Below, one piece after another: positions 48,847 through 58,530 of a stretch of 64,000 nt of DNA. Made by a program: the position numbers and the translations under genes. The stretch comes from a virus. Its lineage: Duplodnaviria; Caudoviricetes. Position 1 is the first letter of the stretch. The number at the start of each line of letters is the position of its first letter. A model generated the notes under the pieces. That model worked only from the letters and a program-made list of their open reading frames with translations. It was not told the DNA's origin and did no database searches. The stretch covers positions 32,001 to 96,000 of IMG/VR virus record IMGVR_UViG_3300042973_000021. One strand, given 5' to 3'.

Positions 48847-50108
48847 TCATTTTTTCCCTCCATTCCTTCTTTATTTGCGAATATGCCTGCGTCCGCAAGC
48901 TTGGTCATATTGCCATTGATTAGATATAAGTCCCCGCCAAGCTCAGGTGGGATTCGGTCAAGGTTTTCAAGCTCCCTAATATCATTGGCACTCATCCAAC
49001 CATTCTGTCTCGCGGTTGCATAACCGTTCATCCGAGAGACATAATCACCTCGAAGCAGTCCATCCACATTAAACTTGGCAAAATAGAGCTTCTTTTCATC
49101 TGGTCTTAAAAGTGATCGGCTGATGGCCTGCTCCCAACGGATCACCCAAGGGTCCAAAGTGTATTTCACAAACTCCAGTGACTGTTGCTCAATATTAGAA
49201 AAGCTCGATTTTTCCAAGTCCCCAACCATATGTGGAGGTACGCGGAAAATCCGAGCGATTTCATTAATCTGAAACTTTCTTGTCTCTAAAAACTGAGCTT
49301 GTTCTGGTGAGATACCAATAGACTGATACTTCATCCCTTCCTCAAGCACTGCCACACGATGGGAGTTGCTGCTTCCTTGATAAGCCGCATTCCAGCTATC
49401 TCGCACTTTTTGTGGGTCTTTAATCGTTCCAGGATGCTCAAGTACACCTCCCGGAGCTGCTCCATTTGCGAAAAACTTAGCTCCATATTCCTCACAGGCT
49501 ATGGCCATACCAATGGCATTCTTGGCCATTGCAATTGGAGAATACCCTACTAGTCCATCAAATCCTAAGCCAGGAATATGGAGTACATCGCTTGGCCTTA
49601 GTGTGACTGTCATTCCATTCATCGTAGGTGCTTCATCAGAATATCTGGTATAGGTATAATAAAGAGCACCACTGTAATCGCGGTCCACCGACATTCGATT
49701 TGGCATTAACGGATACAGTGCTATGACTTCACCTTTTCCATTTCGAATAATCTGTGCATAAGCATTGCCCCATAATAAAAGATGAGTCATCAACGTCTCC
49801 CGAAAAACGAAGGAACTCATCTCTGGGTTAGGTTCATCATGTAATAAAAAATACAGCGGATGAGAAAGAGCCTTTTCCTTACTGCCGCTTGCAGTGTATT
49901 TATATAGGTGTAGGGGTAGCCCTGCCACAGCCTCTGCAAGTATTCTTACGCATGAATAGACCGCTGTCATTTGCATTGCTGTATGTTCGTTTACAGGCTT
50001 ACCGCTGGTTGTTCCACCAAAAAAGAAGCTATAATTGCTTCCTGTGGTTCGATCCTTCGGTTTATCACGCGCTTTGAAAATATTAGAAAACAATCCCATC
50101 TGCATCAC
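48843..50108 (-). CDS. HK97-family portal protein
   Basis: LLLWGNAY, G.SPI, IARIFRVPP, NIEQQ. Confidence 0.93.
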   Translation of the reverse strand: MMQMGLFSNIFKARDKPKDRTTGSNYSFFFGGTTSGKPVNEHTAMQMTAVYSCVRILAEAVAGLPLHLYKYTASGSKEKALSHPLYFLLHDEPNPEMSSFVFRETLMTHLLLWGNAYAQIIRNGKGEVIALYPLMPNRMSVDRDYSGALYYTYTRYSDEAPTMNGMTVTLRPSDVLHIPGLGFDGLVGYSPIAMAKNAIGMAIACEEYGAKFFANGAAPGGVLEHPGTIKDPQKVRDSWNAAYQGSSNSHRVAVLEEGMKYQSIGISPEQAQFLETRKFQINEIARIFRVPPHMVGDLEKSSFSNIEQQSLEFVKYTLDPWVIRWEQAISRSLLRPDEKKLYFAKFNVDGLLRGDYVSRMNGYATARQNGWMSANDIRELENLDRIPPELGGDLYLINGNMTKLADAGIFANKEGMEGKNE

Positions 50109-50117
50109 TCTCCTTTG

Positions 50118-51725
50118 CTACAAAATAAGAAGCCCTCGACCGTCATAAACGGAGTTACCTGTTCCACCTTTGCGAATTGCTCGGTCAAGAGCCATAATGG
50201 TAGCGACAGCTCCATCTATTCTTTCAGTTGATTTTTCTTTATCCGGTTTGATATTTCCAGCAGGGTCAGTACGTATAAAGATGTTATCCATCATCCATCG
50301 GAGCACCGGATGACCACCATGCGCCAGTTTCTCTTCCAAGGTAAGCTTCATAAGCTCCTTCGTTGGCGGACTCATATCTTTAAAACCTTGACCGAAAGGA
50401 ACTACTGTAAACCCAAGGTTCTCTAAGTTTTGTGTCATCTGCACAGCTCCCCACCGGTCAAAGGCAATTTCTCGAATGTTGTACTTTAAGCCCAGCTCTT
50501 CGATAAAGTTTTCGATGTATCCATAATGCACCACGTTTCCTTCAGTGGTGTGTAAGAACCCCTGCTTCTCCCAAACATCATAAGGAACATGATCACGCTT
50601 TACCCTTTGGTCCAGATTATCTTCCGGTATCCAGAAGTAGGGAAGAACGATGTATTTATCTCCTTCATACTCAGGCGGGAAGATAAGTACGAACGCTGTA
50701 ATATCTGTAGTAGATGATAAGTCCAAACCACCGAAGCATTCTCTTCCTACAAGGTTTTCTGGATTTACAGCAAATGAACATTTATCCCACTTTTCCATAG
50801 GCATCCAACGTACCGACTGTTTAACCCATTGATTTAGACGAAGTTGTCTAAATAAGTTTTCTTCTGCTGGATTTTGTTTTGCACTTTCACAAGCAATATG
50901 AATTTTTTCTATATCAACGGTAATGCCCATTGAGGGGTTGGCTTTCGCCCACACCTTTGGATCGGTCCAGTCATCATTTTCATCTGCACCATAAATAACT
51001 GGATAAAATGTTGGATCAACCTTTCGTCCTTCTAGAATATCTTTAGCCTTTTGATGCACCTCGTAGCAAATAGAGTGAGTATCATTTCCGGCAGTCGTAA
51101 TTAAAAAATACAGCGGCTGCTTTCTTGCATCACCTGAGCCATGGGTCATGACATCAAAAAGCTGTCTATTGGGTTGCGCATGAAGTTCATCAAATACAAC
51201 ACCATGCACATTTAGTCCATGCTTGGTATACGCTTCTGCAGACAAAACTTGATAGAAACTACCTAGCGGTTTATAAACAAGTCGTTTTTGCGATAGTACC
51301 GGTTTAATTCTTGCTTTCAGAGCTGGACATTGTTCTACCATATCCACTGCTACATCAAAAACAATGGAAGCTTGCTGTCTGTCAGATGCACATCCGTATA
51401 CTTCACCGCCATGCTCAAAATCACCACAGGTAAGCAGTAACGCAACCGCTGCTGCAAGCTCAGATTTACCTTGCTTTTTAGCGATTTCGATATATGCCAT
51501 ATTAAATTGACGGTAACCATTAGGCTTTATAATCCCAAACACATCGCGGATAATCTGTTCCTGCCAGTCAATAAGTTCAAATGGCTGCCCATACCATTCT
51601 CCCTTCGTATGTTTTAAGCAATTAATAAAAGACACCGCAATGTCTGCAGCGTCCTTATCATATACCGAACCATCCGCCTTAAAGATGGTCGGCTTATATT
51701 TTTTTAGTTTACGTATGGCCGCCAC
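50118..51725 (-). CDS. Terminase large subunit
   Basis: KKQGKS Walker A, VVFDELH Walker B, GLDLSSTTD, RIDG. Confidence 0.93.
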   Translation of the reverse strand: MAAIRKLKKYKPTIFKADGSVYDKDAADIAVSFINCLKHTKGEWYGQPFELIDWQEQIIRDVFGIIKPNGYRQFNMAYIEIAKKQGKSELAAAVALLLTCGDFEHGGEVYGCASDRQQASIVFDVAVDMVEQCPALKARIKPVLSQKRLVYKPLGSFYQVLSAEAYTKHGLNVHGVVFDELHAQPNRQLFDVMTHGSGDARKQPLYFLITTAGNDTHSICYEVHQKAKDILEGRKVDPTFYPVIYGADENDDWTDPKVWAKANPSMGITVDIEKIHIACESAKQNPAEENLFRQLRLNQWVKQSVRWMPMEKWDKCSFAVNPENLVGRECFGGLDLSSTTDITAFVLIFPPEYEGDKYIVLPYFWIPEDNLDQRVKRDHVPYDVWEKQGFLHTTEGNVVHYGYIENFIEELGLKYNIREIAFDRWGAVQMTQNLENLGFTVVPFGQGFKDMSPPTKELMKLTLEEKLAHGGHPVLRWMMDNIFIRTDPAGNIKPDKEKSTERIDGAVATIMALDRAIRKGGTGNSVYDGRGLLIL

Positions 51726-51740
51726 CTCCTTATGGCTACG

Positions 51741-51766
51741 AAAAAAGGAACCCCGCAGAGTTCCTT
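51741..51766 (-). terminator. Terminator ending the amidoligase cassette
   Basis: AAGGAAC/GTTCCTT stem followed by a U tract on the minus strand. Confidence 0.6.
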
Positions 51767-51781
51767 CAAAATTTGTTTAAG

Positions 51782-51967
51782 TTATTCTGTTTTCGCTTCC
51801 CCTATCAGAATAAAATGGACATACGCTCCCTTGTTCTTTTCAAGGTAATCTACTAGCTCAATATAGCCTTCTCTTAAAGCAATACTAGTCACAACCGGAA
51901 GATCAAACATATTTGTTTCACCTGTTTCTCGAATGGCAAATATTTGTTTCATAATTATCTCATTCAT
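51782..51967 (-). CDS. DUF5049-like small protein
   Basis: QI.AIR.TG.TNMFD...V. Confidence 0.75.
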   Translation of the reverse strand: MNEIIMKQIFAIRETGETNMFDLPVVTSIALREGYIELVDYLEKNKGAYVHFILIGEAKTE

Positions 51968-52418
51968 TGGCTACCTCCTCCGATTCTACTGAATCGGTTG
52001 TCGCTTTGCGCAGGATTTCCACATCGAAGCCTGCACTCTTATAGCCTTCTAAAATTGTACTGTAATAATAACAGCTCGGCTGTCCAAGCGGCCTTCCATC
52101 ATTCATGATGTATACCATCGCCTTAACGGTTTTACCTCCAAACTTCACTTTTATTGTTTCCTTGCGATAAAGGAACGGCCATCCCTCGTAACGGTCAAGT
52201 GCCGATTCATCGACAGGTGTGATTTCCCACACTAAAACGGGTACGTTGCCACCCTTAAAAGGCTCGATGGTCGCCACAGCGCCCGCATGTGCCCCTCTAA
52301 ATAATAAACGGTGGTCATTGATTTGACTTGCTCCTAACACCTTCGCTGTGGGGCATCTGTTGGCCATTTGTTTCAGGTTAAGGTTGGAGCCATAGGCAAG
52401 ATATAATTTATTATTCAT
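51960..52418 (-). CDS. Gamma-glutamylcyclotransferase (AIG2-like)
   Basis: YLAYGSNL, LDRYEG.P..Y. Confidence 0.88.
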   Translation of the reverse strand: MNNKLYLAYGSNLNLKQMANRCPTAKVLGASQINDHRLLFRGAHAGAVATIEPFKGGNVPVLVWEITPVDESALDRYEGWPFLYRKETIKVKFGGKTVKAMVYIMNDGRPLGQPSCYYYSTILEGYKSAGFDVEILRKATTDSVESEEVANE

Positions 52419-52453
52419 TGTAATCCTCCTTAGCTTTGTGGGTTAGGGGCAGC

Positions 52454-53353
52454 TCAGGCCGCCCGAAACCGCCATGCAGCTGAACCCGAAAGTGCTGCGG
52501 TCAAATGCTCTCTGCAGTTTGCAAATTCATCACCAATGAAACCAATCCGGTTTAGGTAGGTTCTCATGGCAAATTTCTCGTTCTCCACCTGTGGTTTCTT
52601 TGCTGATGCACACTTTTGTGTTAAGGCTTGATGGTTGATGGCAAGCGCTAGAACAATGTAGCTTCTCATCTTTCCAGCATGAAGCTCGCTGTTAAAACCT
52701 CTAAGTTCAACTGTATGGTTTCCGGTAAAAAAGCTGTGAAGGTTGAGGAAATGGTAGCGGCTGTTGTGGTAATGAGTGCTTCTACTCTCGCTGTAACCCT
52801 CGTACCAAATGTCCTCAATTTGTCTCATGGTTTTAGGCTTTTTGTGGTTCATCTTCTCAACCAAAATGCTGTCCATCTTTTTGCAGTAGCGCATTCGCTC
52901 CGGTGCAATCTGTAGTGCTTTATAAAATAAGTCATTTTTACTTGCAATGATATTTATAAAGTTTCGAATACTTCTTGGGGTATGTTCAGCACCGTCTAGA
53001 TGAATGTGAATGCCGCAAGATGTATTTGTAAAGGCTCCAGCTTTGCGAAGCTTTCTTACTATCTCCTGCAAAGTTTCAATGTCCTCCCGGTAAGTTAGGA
53101 TTGGGCTAACTAGCTCAACGCTATAATCTCTACCTGCAGCTACTTTTCTTCTGCCTTCTTTTCTTTGACAGTGAATGCTCCCATCATACATAAATCTCCA
53201 AACTCTACCATCTGGAGTTTTTACCTTCTTAGTGTCGTAGTAAGTCCCGCCTTCACTATAAGTGCCTTGCAAAAACTCTGCAGCAACTCTGGCTGCCCTT
53301 TCCCTTGTAATCCCTGTAAATTCAATCTCGATTCCGAATTTTGCACTTAACAT
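52454..53353 (-). CDS. Putative amidoligase (COOH-NH2 ligase type)
   Basis: FGIEIE, DGSI, ELVSP, SCGIHIH, RY..LN, TVE.R.FN. Confidence 0.88.
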   Translation of the reverse strand: MLSAKFGIEIEFTGITRERAARVAAEFLQGTYSEGGTYYDTKKVKTPDGRVWRFMYDGSIHCQRKEGRRKVAAGRDYSVELVSPILTYREDIETLQEIVRKLRKAGAFTNTSCGIHIHLDGAEHTPRSIRNFINIIASKNDLFYKALQIAPERMRYCKKMDSILVEKMNHKKPKTMRQIEDIWYEGYSESRSTHYHNSRYHFLNLHSFFTGNHTVELRGFNSELHAGKMRSYIVLALAINHQALTQKCASAKKPQVENEKFAMRTYLNRIGFIGDEFANCREHLTAALSGSAAWRFRAA

Positions 53354-53397
53354 CGTATCTCGCTCCTTTTAAAGTGTGTTTGTCCTTTCGGCATGTA

Positions 53398-53429
53398 CAT
53401 ATATCACTCTAAAAGGCTTATATAGCAAG
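53398..53429 (-). promoter_or_regulatory. Repeated promoter-like box CTTGCTAT-N9-TTAGAGTGATATATG (copy 1)
   Basis: Same sequence and spacing at 54437-54468; upstream of the amidoligase. Confidence 0.6.
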
Positions 53430-53488
53430 ACAATTCTGCAATATAAATCTACATATTTACTGCCATATTGGTCTTAAAATGTGTATGT

Positions 53489-53716
53489 TTACTCTTCGAT
53501 TTTCCTGCATAAATCCTCTCCAAAGACCACTCCAAGGGAACTGCCTGAATCCCAACTGACGTGGATGGTTCCCATGTCATCAACACTAGTAACCGTACCT
53601 TTAGTTCCAGGCTGAAGCTTGGTATAAGGGTCATTCATTTTAAGTAGCATGACACGAGTTCCCGGAGTGTAATAACTCCTAAGTTGTTTTAGCATTTCTG
53701 GGTGAATGATATTCAT
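53489..53716 (-). CDS. DUF4314 family protein
   Basis: G.RV.L..M.DPY, GTV..VDD.G.I.V.WD.GS.L. Confidence 0.82.
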   Translation of the reverse strand: MNIIHPEMLKQLRSYYTPGTRVMLLKMNDPYTKLQPGTKGTVTSVDDMGTIHVSWDSGSSLGVVFGEDLCRKIEE

Positions 53717-54417
53717 TATTCACTCACCTCCTTATGCTTGGCAATTCCGCTTTTGAAGGCAGAGCTACCCGACAGTTTGGAGAGGAGAATTTTTCGTTCG
53801 GTTTTGTATTCTGGACCGATAAAGCCAAGTCTTAGAAGGAAACAACGAAAGGCATACTTTTCATTATCCACTTCCTTAGCTGTGGCAGTGATTCTCTTCT
53901 GTTTTTTTGCCATATCACAAAGGGCTGTAATGAAATGCGTGTAAGCTTTAACTTTCTCAGCATCTTCATCAAAGGAAAACCAAGGGAATCGTAGAGTTTC
54001 CTCTGTTTGCTCAATAGGTAATTCCTCTACTCCAAGTGCTTTTTTAATGAGATCTCCTTTGCTTTCCAGAATCTTTTCCAAGTTACTTAAGGCAATGTCG
54101 GTGAAGTTTTCCTTAGGTATTTCAATTACCAACAAATCTGTATTATTTGTAAGCCCCTGTTCCAGGCCTTCTGGTTTCACATAAGTAAATCCTCGACTAT
54201 TAAGTTCATCAAGCAGTTTGACCGCTTTTTCGCCCACAACACCCTCATCAAAAATAAGAGCACCTTCCTTATCCACTTCAAATCTGCCTATTTGATAAAT
54301 AAATGTTGGTGCGCCTTTGTATTCAGGCTTTTCACCTAGTACTTCTCCAATCGCAGTAACGAGGGCCTTTCTCTCACCACCAGTACGATTAAATTCAATT
54401 TTCATCCTACATACCAC
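53716..54417 (-). CDS. Conserved prophage protein often labelled virulence-related
   Basis: RKALV, FPWF, NEKYAFRCFLLRLGFIG. Confidence 0.75.
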   Translation of the reverse strand: MVCRMKIEFNRTGGERKALVTAIGEVLGEKPEYKGAPTFIYQIGRFEVDKEGALIFDEGVVGEKAVKLLDELNSRGFTYVKPEGLEQGLTNNTDLLVIEIPKENFTDIALSNLEKILESKGDLIKKALGVEELPIEQTEETLRFPWFSFDEDAEKVKAYTHFITALCDMAKKQKRITATAKEVDNEKYAFRCFLLRLGFIGPEYKTERKILLSKLSGSSAFKSGIAKHKEVSE

Positions 54418-54436
54418 CTTTCTTATTTGGTAGTAC

Positions 54437-54468
54437 CATATATCACTCTAACGCTACACAATAGCAAG
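54437..54468 (-). promoter_or_regulatory. Repeated promoter-like box (copy 2)
   Basis: Identical boxes to 53398-53429. Confidence 0.6.
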
Positions 54469-54505
54469 TTATTTCTGTGCAAAAATGAATTTAAAACTTG
54501 CTCTA

Positions 54506-55750
54506 TCAATCTAATTCATCAGAAGATGTGGCTGCCACATTAAATGGAATCTTCTCTTTTTCTCGAATGACATATACCTCTTTATCTGTTCCAACCTGCT
54601 CGATGTAACGCTTCACAATAACATCGCAGTACTTTTCATCCAGCTCGATGGTATAGCAAATTCTATCGGTCTGTTCACAGGCAATCAGCGTCGAGCCAGA
54701 ACCTCCAAAAGGATCAAGTACGATACTATTAGTAAGGCTAGAATTCATAATGGGGTAGGCAATTAAAGCAATGGGCTTCATAGTCGGATGATCTGCATTC
54801 TTTTTCGGCTTATCAAATTCCCAAATGGTTGATTGCTTACGGTCTGAATACCAGAGATGCTTCCCCTTCTTTTTCCAACCGAATAGCACCGGTTCATGCT
54901 GCCACTGATAAGGGGATCTTCCAAGAACCAATGACTGTTTCTTCCAAATACAAGTACCGGAAAGATAAAAGCCTGCGTCAACAAAGGCTTTTCTAAAATT
55001 AAGTCCTTCTGTATCAGCATGGAAAACATATATACTTCCATCTGATGCCAATACCGATTCGATATTCTTAAAGGCATCTAATAAAAATTGATAAAATGCG
55101 TCATTGGCCATATTATCATTTTTGATTTTCCCAGCGGTTCCTTCATAGTTGACATTGTATGGGGGATCAGTTACCACCAGATTGGCGACCTTTCCTTCCA
55201 TTAAAATGTTATATGTTTCTTTTTTTGTGCTGTCTCCACATACCAGTCTGTGCTTACCAAGTATCCATACATCTCCTAAACGCGAAACAGCGGGCTTATT
55301 CAGCTCGCTGTCCACATCAAAATCATCTTCTTTTATTTTTTCTTTCATCGTATCCTTGAAAAGATCATCTAGTTCTCCGGGGTCAAAGCCTGTCAGCGAT
55401 ACATCAAAGTCTGCAGCATTTAAGTCTGTAATGAGAAGTGCTAGTTTCTCCCTATCCCAATCTCCATTTATTTTGTTCAATGCAATATTGAGGGCTTTTT
55501 CCTTTTCCTCATTCATCTCAACAACTACGCAATCCACTTCTTCCATACCCATGTTCAGTAGGATTTTCAACCGCTGATGGCCACCAACTACTCTGCCTGT
55601 GGTTCTATTCCAAATAACTGGTTCAACATAGCCAAACTCCGCAAGTGAGCGTTTTAACTTTTCGTACTCTGGATCACCCGGTTTTAAATCCTTTCTAGGA
55701 TTATAATCAGCAGGGATCAGCAGTTTCGTCTTAATTTTCTCAATCTGCAT
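54506..55750 (-). CDS. ParB-like domain fused to an N6/N4 DNA methyltransferase
   Basis: YNPR, GGHQR; TDPPY, HPTMKP, DPFGGSGST. Confidence 0.92.
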   Translation of the reverse strand: MQIEKIKTKLLIPADYNPRKDLKPGDPEYEKLKRSLAEFGYVEPVIWNRTTGRVVGGHQRLKILLNMGMEEVDCVVVEMNEEKEKALNIALNKINGDWDREKLALLITDLNAADFDVSLTGFDPGELDDLFKDTMKEKIKEDDFDVDSELNKPAVSRLGDVWILGKHRLVCGDSTKKETYNILMEGKVANLVVTDPPYNVNYEGTAGKIKNDNMANDAFYQFLLDAFKNIESVLASDGSIYVFHADTEGLNFRKAFVDAGFYLSGTCIWKKQSLVLGRSPYQWQHEPVLFGWKKKGKHLWYSDRKQSTIWEFDKPKKNADHPTMKPIALIAYPIMNSSLTNSIVLDPFGGSGSTLIACEQTDRICYTIELDEKYCDVIVKRYIEQVGTDKEVYVIREKEKIPFNVAATSSDELD

Positions 55751-56906
55751 ATTTTTCCACCGCCTCTTTTAGTTCGCTATATTTATTAACATCCTCCCAA
55801 GGGAAGAGGCAACTGTTAAAGTGACCATAGACTGCTGTATCAGAGTAATGAATGTTTCTAAGTCGCAACTTTTCTATAATTGCTGCAGGCCTCAAATTAA
55901 ATACTTCTTGAGCAGCAATGGTTAGAACTTCATCAGAAACTGTTCCTGTTCCAAAAGTATTTATAGAAAAAGCTACAGGATTTGCCTTGCCAATGGCATA
56001 GGAAATAGCCACTTCACATTTCTCTGCCAAATCACACCACACAATATGTTTAGCAATATACCTAGCCATGTAAGCTCCGCTTCGGTCAACTTTGGTCGGA
56101 TCTTTCCCACAAAGTGCTCCGCCACCATGTGATGCAAGTCCACCATAAGTATCCACCATGATCTTTCTTCCAGTTAAACCTGTATCTGCAGCAGGTCCTC
56201 CTAATACAAACTGTCCAGATGGATTAATAAGAATTTCTGTTTCATCATCAAAAGGGAAATCCTCAAAACACTGCCATAACACATTATTTAGAATATCTGA
56301 TTTTAACTCTTCCTGAGTTTTATTCTTTTCATGCTGAACTGACACTACAATGGTCTTAACTCTCACTGGAACATCATCATTATACTCAATGGTCACCTGT
56401 GCTTTTCCATCGGGAAGGATACCTTTAATAAGTTTACCTTTCCTTGCCTCATCTAGTTTCTTTACAATTCGATGAGATAAGACAAGGGGAAAGGGAAGCA
56501 TTTCTCTGGTTTCTTTTGTGGCATAACCATACATAGTACCTTGATCACCAGCGCCGATGGAACCATATTGTTCGTTTATACCATTTCGTGCTTCTAGTGC
56601 AGTATTCACACCAGCTGCAATATCAGAACTCTGATTGTGTACATATACATAAATTAAAAATTTCAAAGGGTTATAACCTAGTTCTTTTAGCACATTCTTA
56701 ACAATGCTTCTGATATCGATTTTCTCGCTGCAGGAGATCTCGCCCGCCACGATAATTTTTCCTTTAGTAGCCATAACCTCACAAGCTACGCGTGAGGCCT
56801 TATCTTTTCTAAGACATGCTTCCAAAATGCTGTCAGCAATAATATCGCACAGTTTATCAGGATGTCCTGCACATACACTTTCTGCTGTTAAATATCTCTT
56901 ACTCAT
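55740..56906 (-). CDS. metK: S-adenosylmethionine synthetase (phage-borne)
   Basis: ESV..GHPDK, GAGDQG, DTGLTGRK, GGGA..GKD.TKVDRS. Confidence 0.93.
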   Translation of the reverse strand: MSKRYLTAESVCAGHPDKLCDIIADSILEACLRKDKASRVACEVMATKGKIIVAGEISCSEKIDIRSIVKNVLKELGYNPLKFLIYVYVHNQSSDIAAGVNTALEARNGINEQYGSIGAGDQGTMYGYATKETREMLPFPLVLSHRIVKKLDEARKGKLIKGILPDGKAQVTIEYNDDVPVRVKTIVVSVQHEKNKTQEELKSDILNNVLWQCFEDFPFDDETEILINPSGQFVLGGPAADTGLTGRKIMVDTYGGLASHGGGALCGKDPTKVDRSGAYMARYIAKHIVWCDLAEKCEVAISYAIGKANPVAFSINTFGTGTVSDEVLTIAAQEVFNLRPAAIIEKLRLRNIHYSDTAVYGHFNSCLFPWEDVNKYSELKEAVEKYAD

Positions 56907-56923
56907 CTCACATCTCCTTATTA

Positions 56924-57475
56924 TTATTTACCTCTACGGGCAGTCAACAGTCGTTCCATCACATCATCCTGTGGATTTGTACCGGAATACTCTGTCGCAC
57001 AGTTTTCACGAACAATCTGATATATTTCCATCCAGAGTCTGTTGGTTTGACTCATAAAATTATGGCTCATGGAAACGTATGGACTTTGGATAGCGTTGCC
57101 AGTAGTTGGATGCTTAGCAAGAAAACCAAACTCACTTATTGCTTCCTCACACTGTATCCACCTAGCAGCACTCATGGCATATCTTTCTAATAGCTGTGGT
57201 AGAACTAGATGTGCACACCCTCGCTCCTCAAGCCATTTCCACGTAAGCTCATAAATTTCGCTAGCTACTAAGGTTTTACCATCCTTTTGTACTGCTGAAA
57301 GCATAGCCCTTGGCTGTGGCATCTCCTGCCCTTGAAGTTCTGCAGTATTTTTAAATTCAATAACTTCCAGTTTTCTTTTTCCGGGATTTCCCTCAGCAAT
57401 TTTATCTATAAGTGCTTTCTTTTTCTGGCCAGATCCAATACGGGCACCACCTCGATTTGTACCATCTTTGGCCAT
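56924..57475 (-). CDS. Terminase small subunit (P27-like)
   Basis: NPGKR, HPTTG....SP; directly after the HNH gene. Confidence 0.8.
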   Translation of the reverse strand: MAKDGTNRGGARIGSGQKKKALIDKIAEGNPGKRKLEVIEFKNTAELQGQEMPQPRAMLSAVQKDGKTLVASEIYELTWKWLEERGCAHLVLPQLLERYAMSAARWIQCEEAISEFGFLAKHPTTGNAIQSPYVSMSHNFMSQTNRLWMEIYQIVRENCATEYSGTNPQDDVMERLLTARRGK

Positions 57476-57587
57476 TAACTCACCTCTTTTCTTATTAAGG
57501 GGGTATTACCCCGTTTGAAACTGCGACTTTTTGCACGAAGCCCCACGCCCGTTGTCCGCTTAAAAAGCTGTAGAGATTCGACTCCCC

Positions 57588-57947
57588 CTACCGGGATGGC
57601 CAACGGTCTCCATCTCTTGCTGTGATGGCTGAGTGACAAGGAGTACAAAGAGCCATCAAGTTGCTTTCATCGTGTGTTCCTCCTCGAGACAAAGGAAGGA
57701 TGTGATGGACTTCAGCTGCTGGTGTCAGCTTTCCCTCTCTTTTGCACTCTTCACATAATGGATGAGCTGTAATGTAACGGTCACGTATTCTTTTCCACGC
57801 ACGCCCGTAACGCTTCCTCGTTTCAGGATCTCGCTGATATTTTTCATATCGTGAAGCTTCCTTTTTGGCATGATCAGGACAAAAGCGTCCATCAGTCAGC
57901 TCAGGACAACCGGGAGAAGAACATGGTCGTTTAGGTTTCCTTGGCAT
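57588..57947 (-). CDS. Packaging-associated HNH endonuclease
   Basis: PLCEEC, EVHHI.P...GG.H...NL..LC..CH. Confidence 0.9.
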   Translation of the reverse strand: MPRKPKRPCSSPGCPELTDGRFCPDHAKKEASRYEKYQRDPETRKRYGRAWKRIRDRYITAHPLCEECKREGKLTPAAEVHHILPLSRGGTHDESNLMALCTPCHSAITARDGDRWPSR

Positions 57948-57968
57948 TTTGCACCTCCATTTGGGCAT

Positions 57969-58001
57969 AGAAAAAGCCCTCGTGTTTTTTCCACGAAGGC
58001 T
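57969..58001 (-). terminator. Terminator-like hairpin upstream of the HNH gene
   Basis: AGCC.TCGTG/CACGA.GGCT stem followed by a U tract. Confidence 0.55.
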
Positions 58002-58067
58002 CTCTACAGTTTTTCACAATACCATTGTATAACCGATTGTGAGTAAAATCGTCCACGATATTACTCA

Positions 58068-58526
58068 TTACTTTCCGTAGAGTAGTAGTGCTAAATGCTG
58101 AAGCGCGCGATTCTTCTTGTTGTAAGCTGAAGAGCGTTCAATGTTAAAACGTTCACAGATGTTGTACACTGCATCAATCTGCTTTTGTTCATCGTCCAAA
58201 TAGAACTCCTTTAACACATACTGCTCATCCTCCGTTAAGGCATCCCACGCCGGTTGAAACCAGTCCATGTATTCCAGTGCTTGGCGATAGCGTTCTTTTA
58301 ATACATCAATTTCATTAATGCAGGCAATGAGCCTTTTCTCTCCAGCTTTTGGATCATGCGTTGATGGCATGCCATTTAGAACTGGAGAAACAGGAGAACT
58401 CATTTCTTCGTTGAGGGTGGCAATGTCCTCATCGGTATGTTCTATGATGTACTTCATGCTGCTGTAATCTTTTAAGGCATTGATTGCCGCTGCCCTTTTA
58501 TCTAAATATTGCTAGACAATGTTCAT
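58068..58526 (-). pseudogene. Putative late transcriptional activator (RinA/sigma region 4-like) with an early TAG
   Basis: GGAGGT RBS and ATG 58526 give MNIV*QYLDKR..., in frame with the 129-aa ORF; C-terminal HTH-like end. Confidence 0.65.
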
Positions 58527-58530
58527 TGTA

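Noticed and set aside
34145-58526. TAG-to-Gln recoding (genetic code 15) in prophage 2, suggested by several in-frame TAGs
   Set aside because: TAG also serves as an evident true stop (46394, 46720, 50118). The long structural genes have no internal TAGs. From recollection of homologues, the two premature stops replace different residues (Gln and Trp), which fits point mutation.
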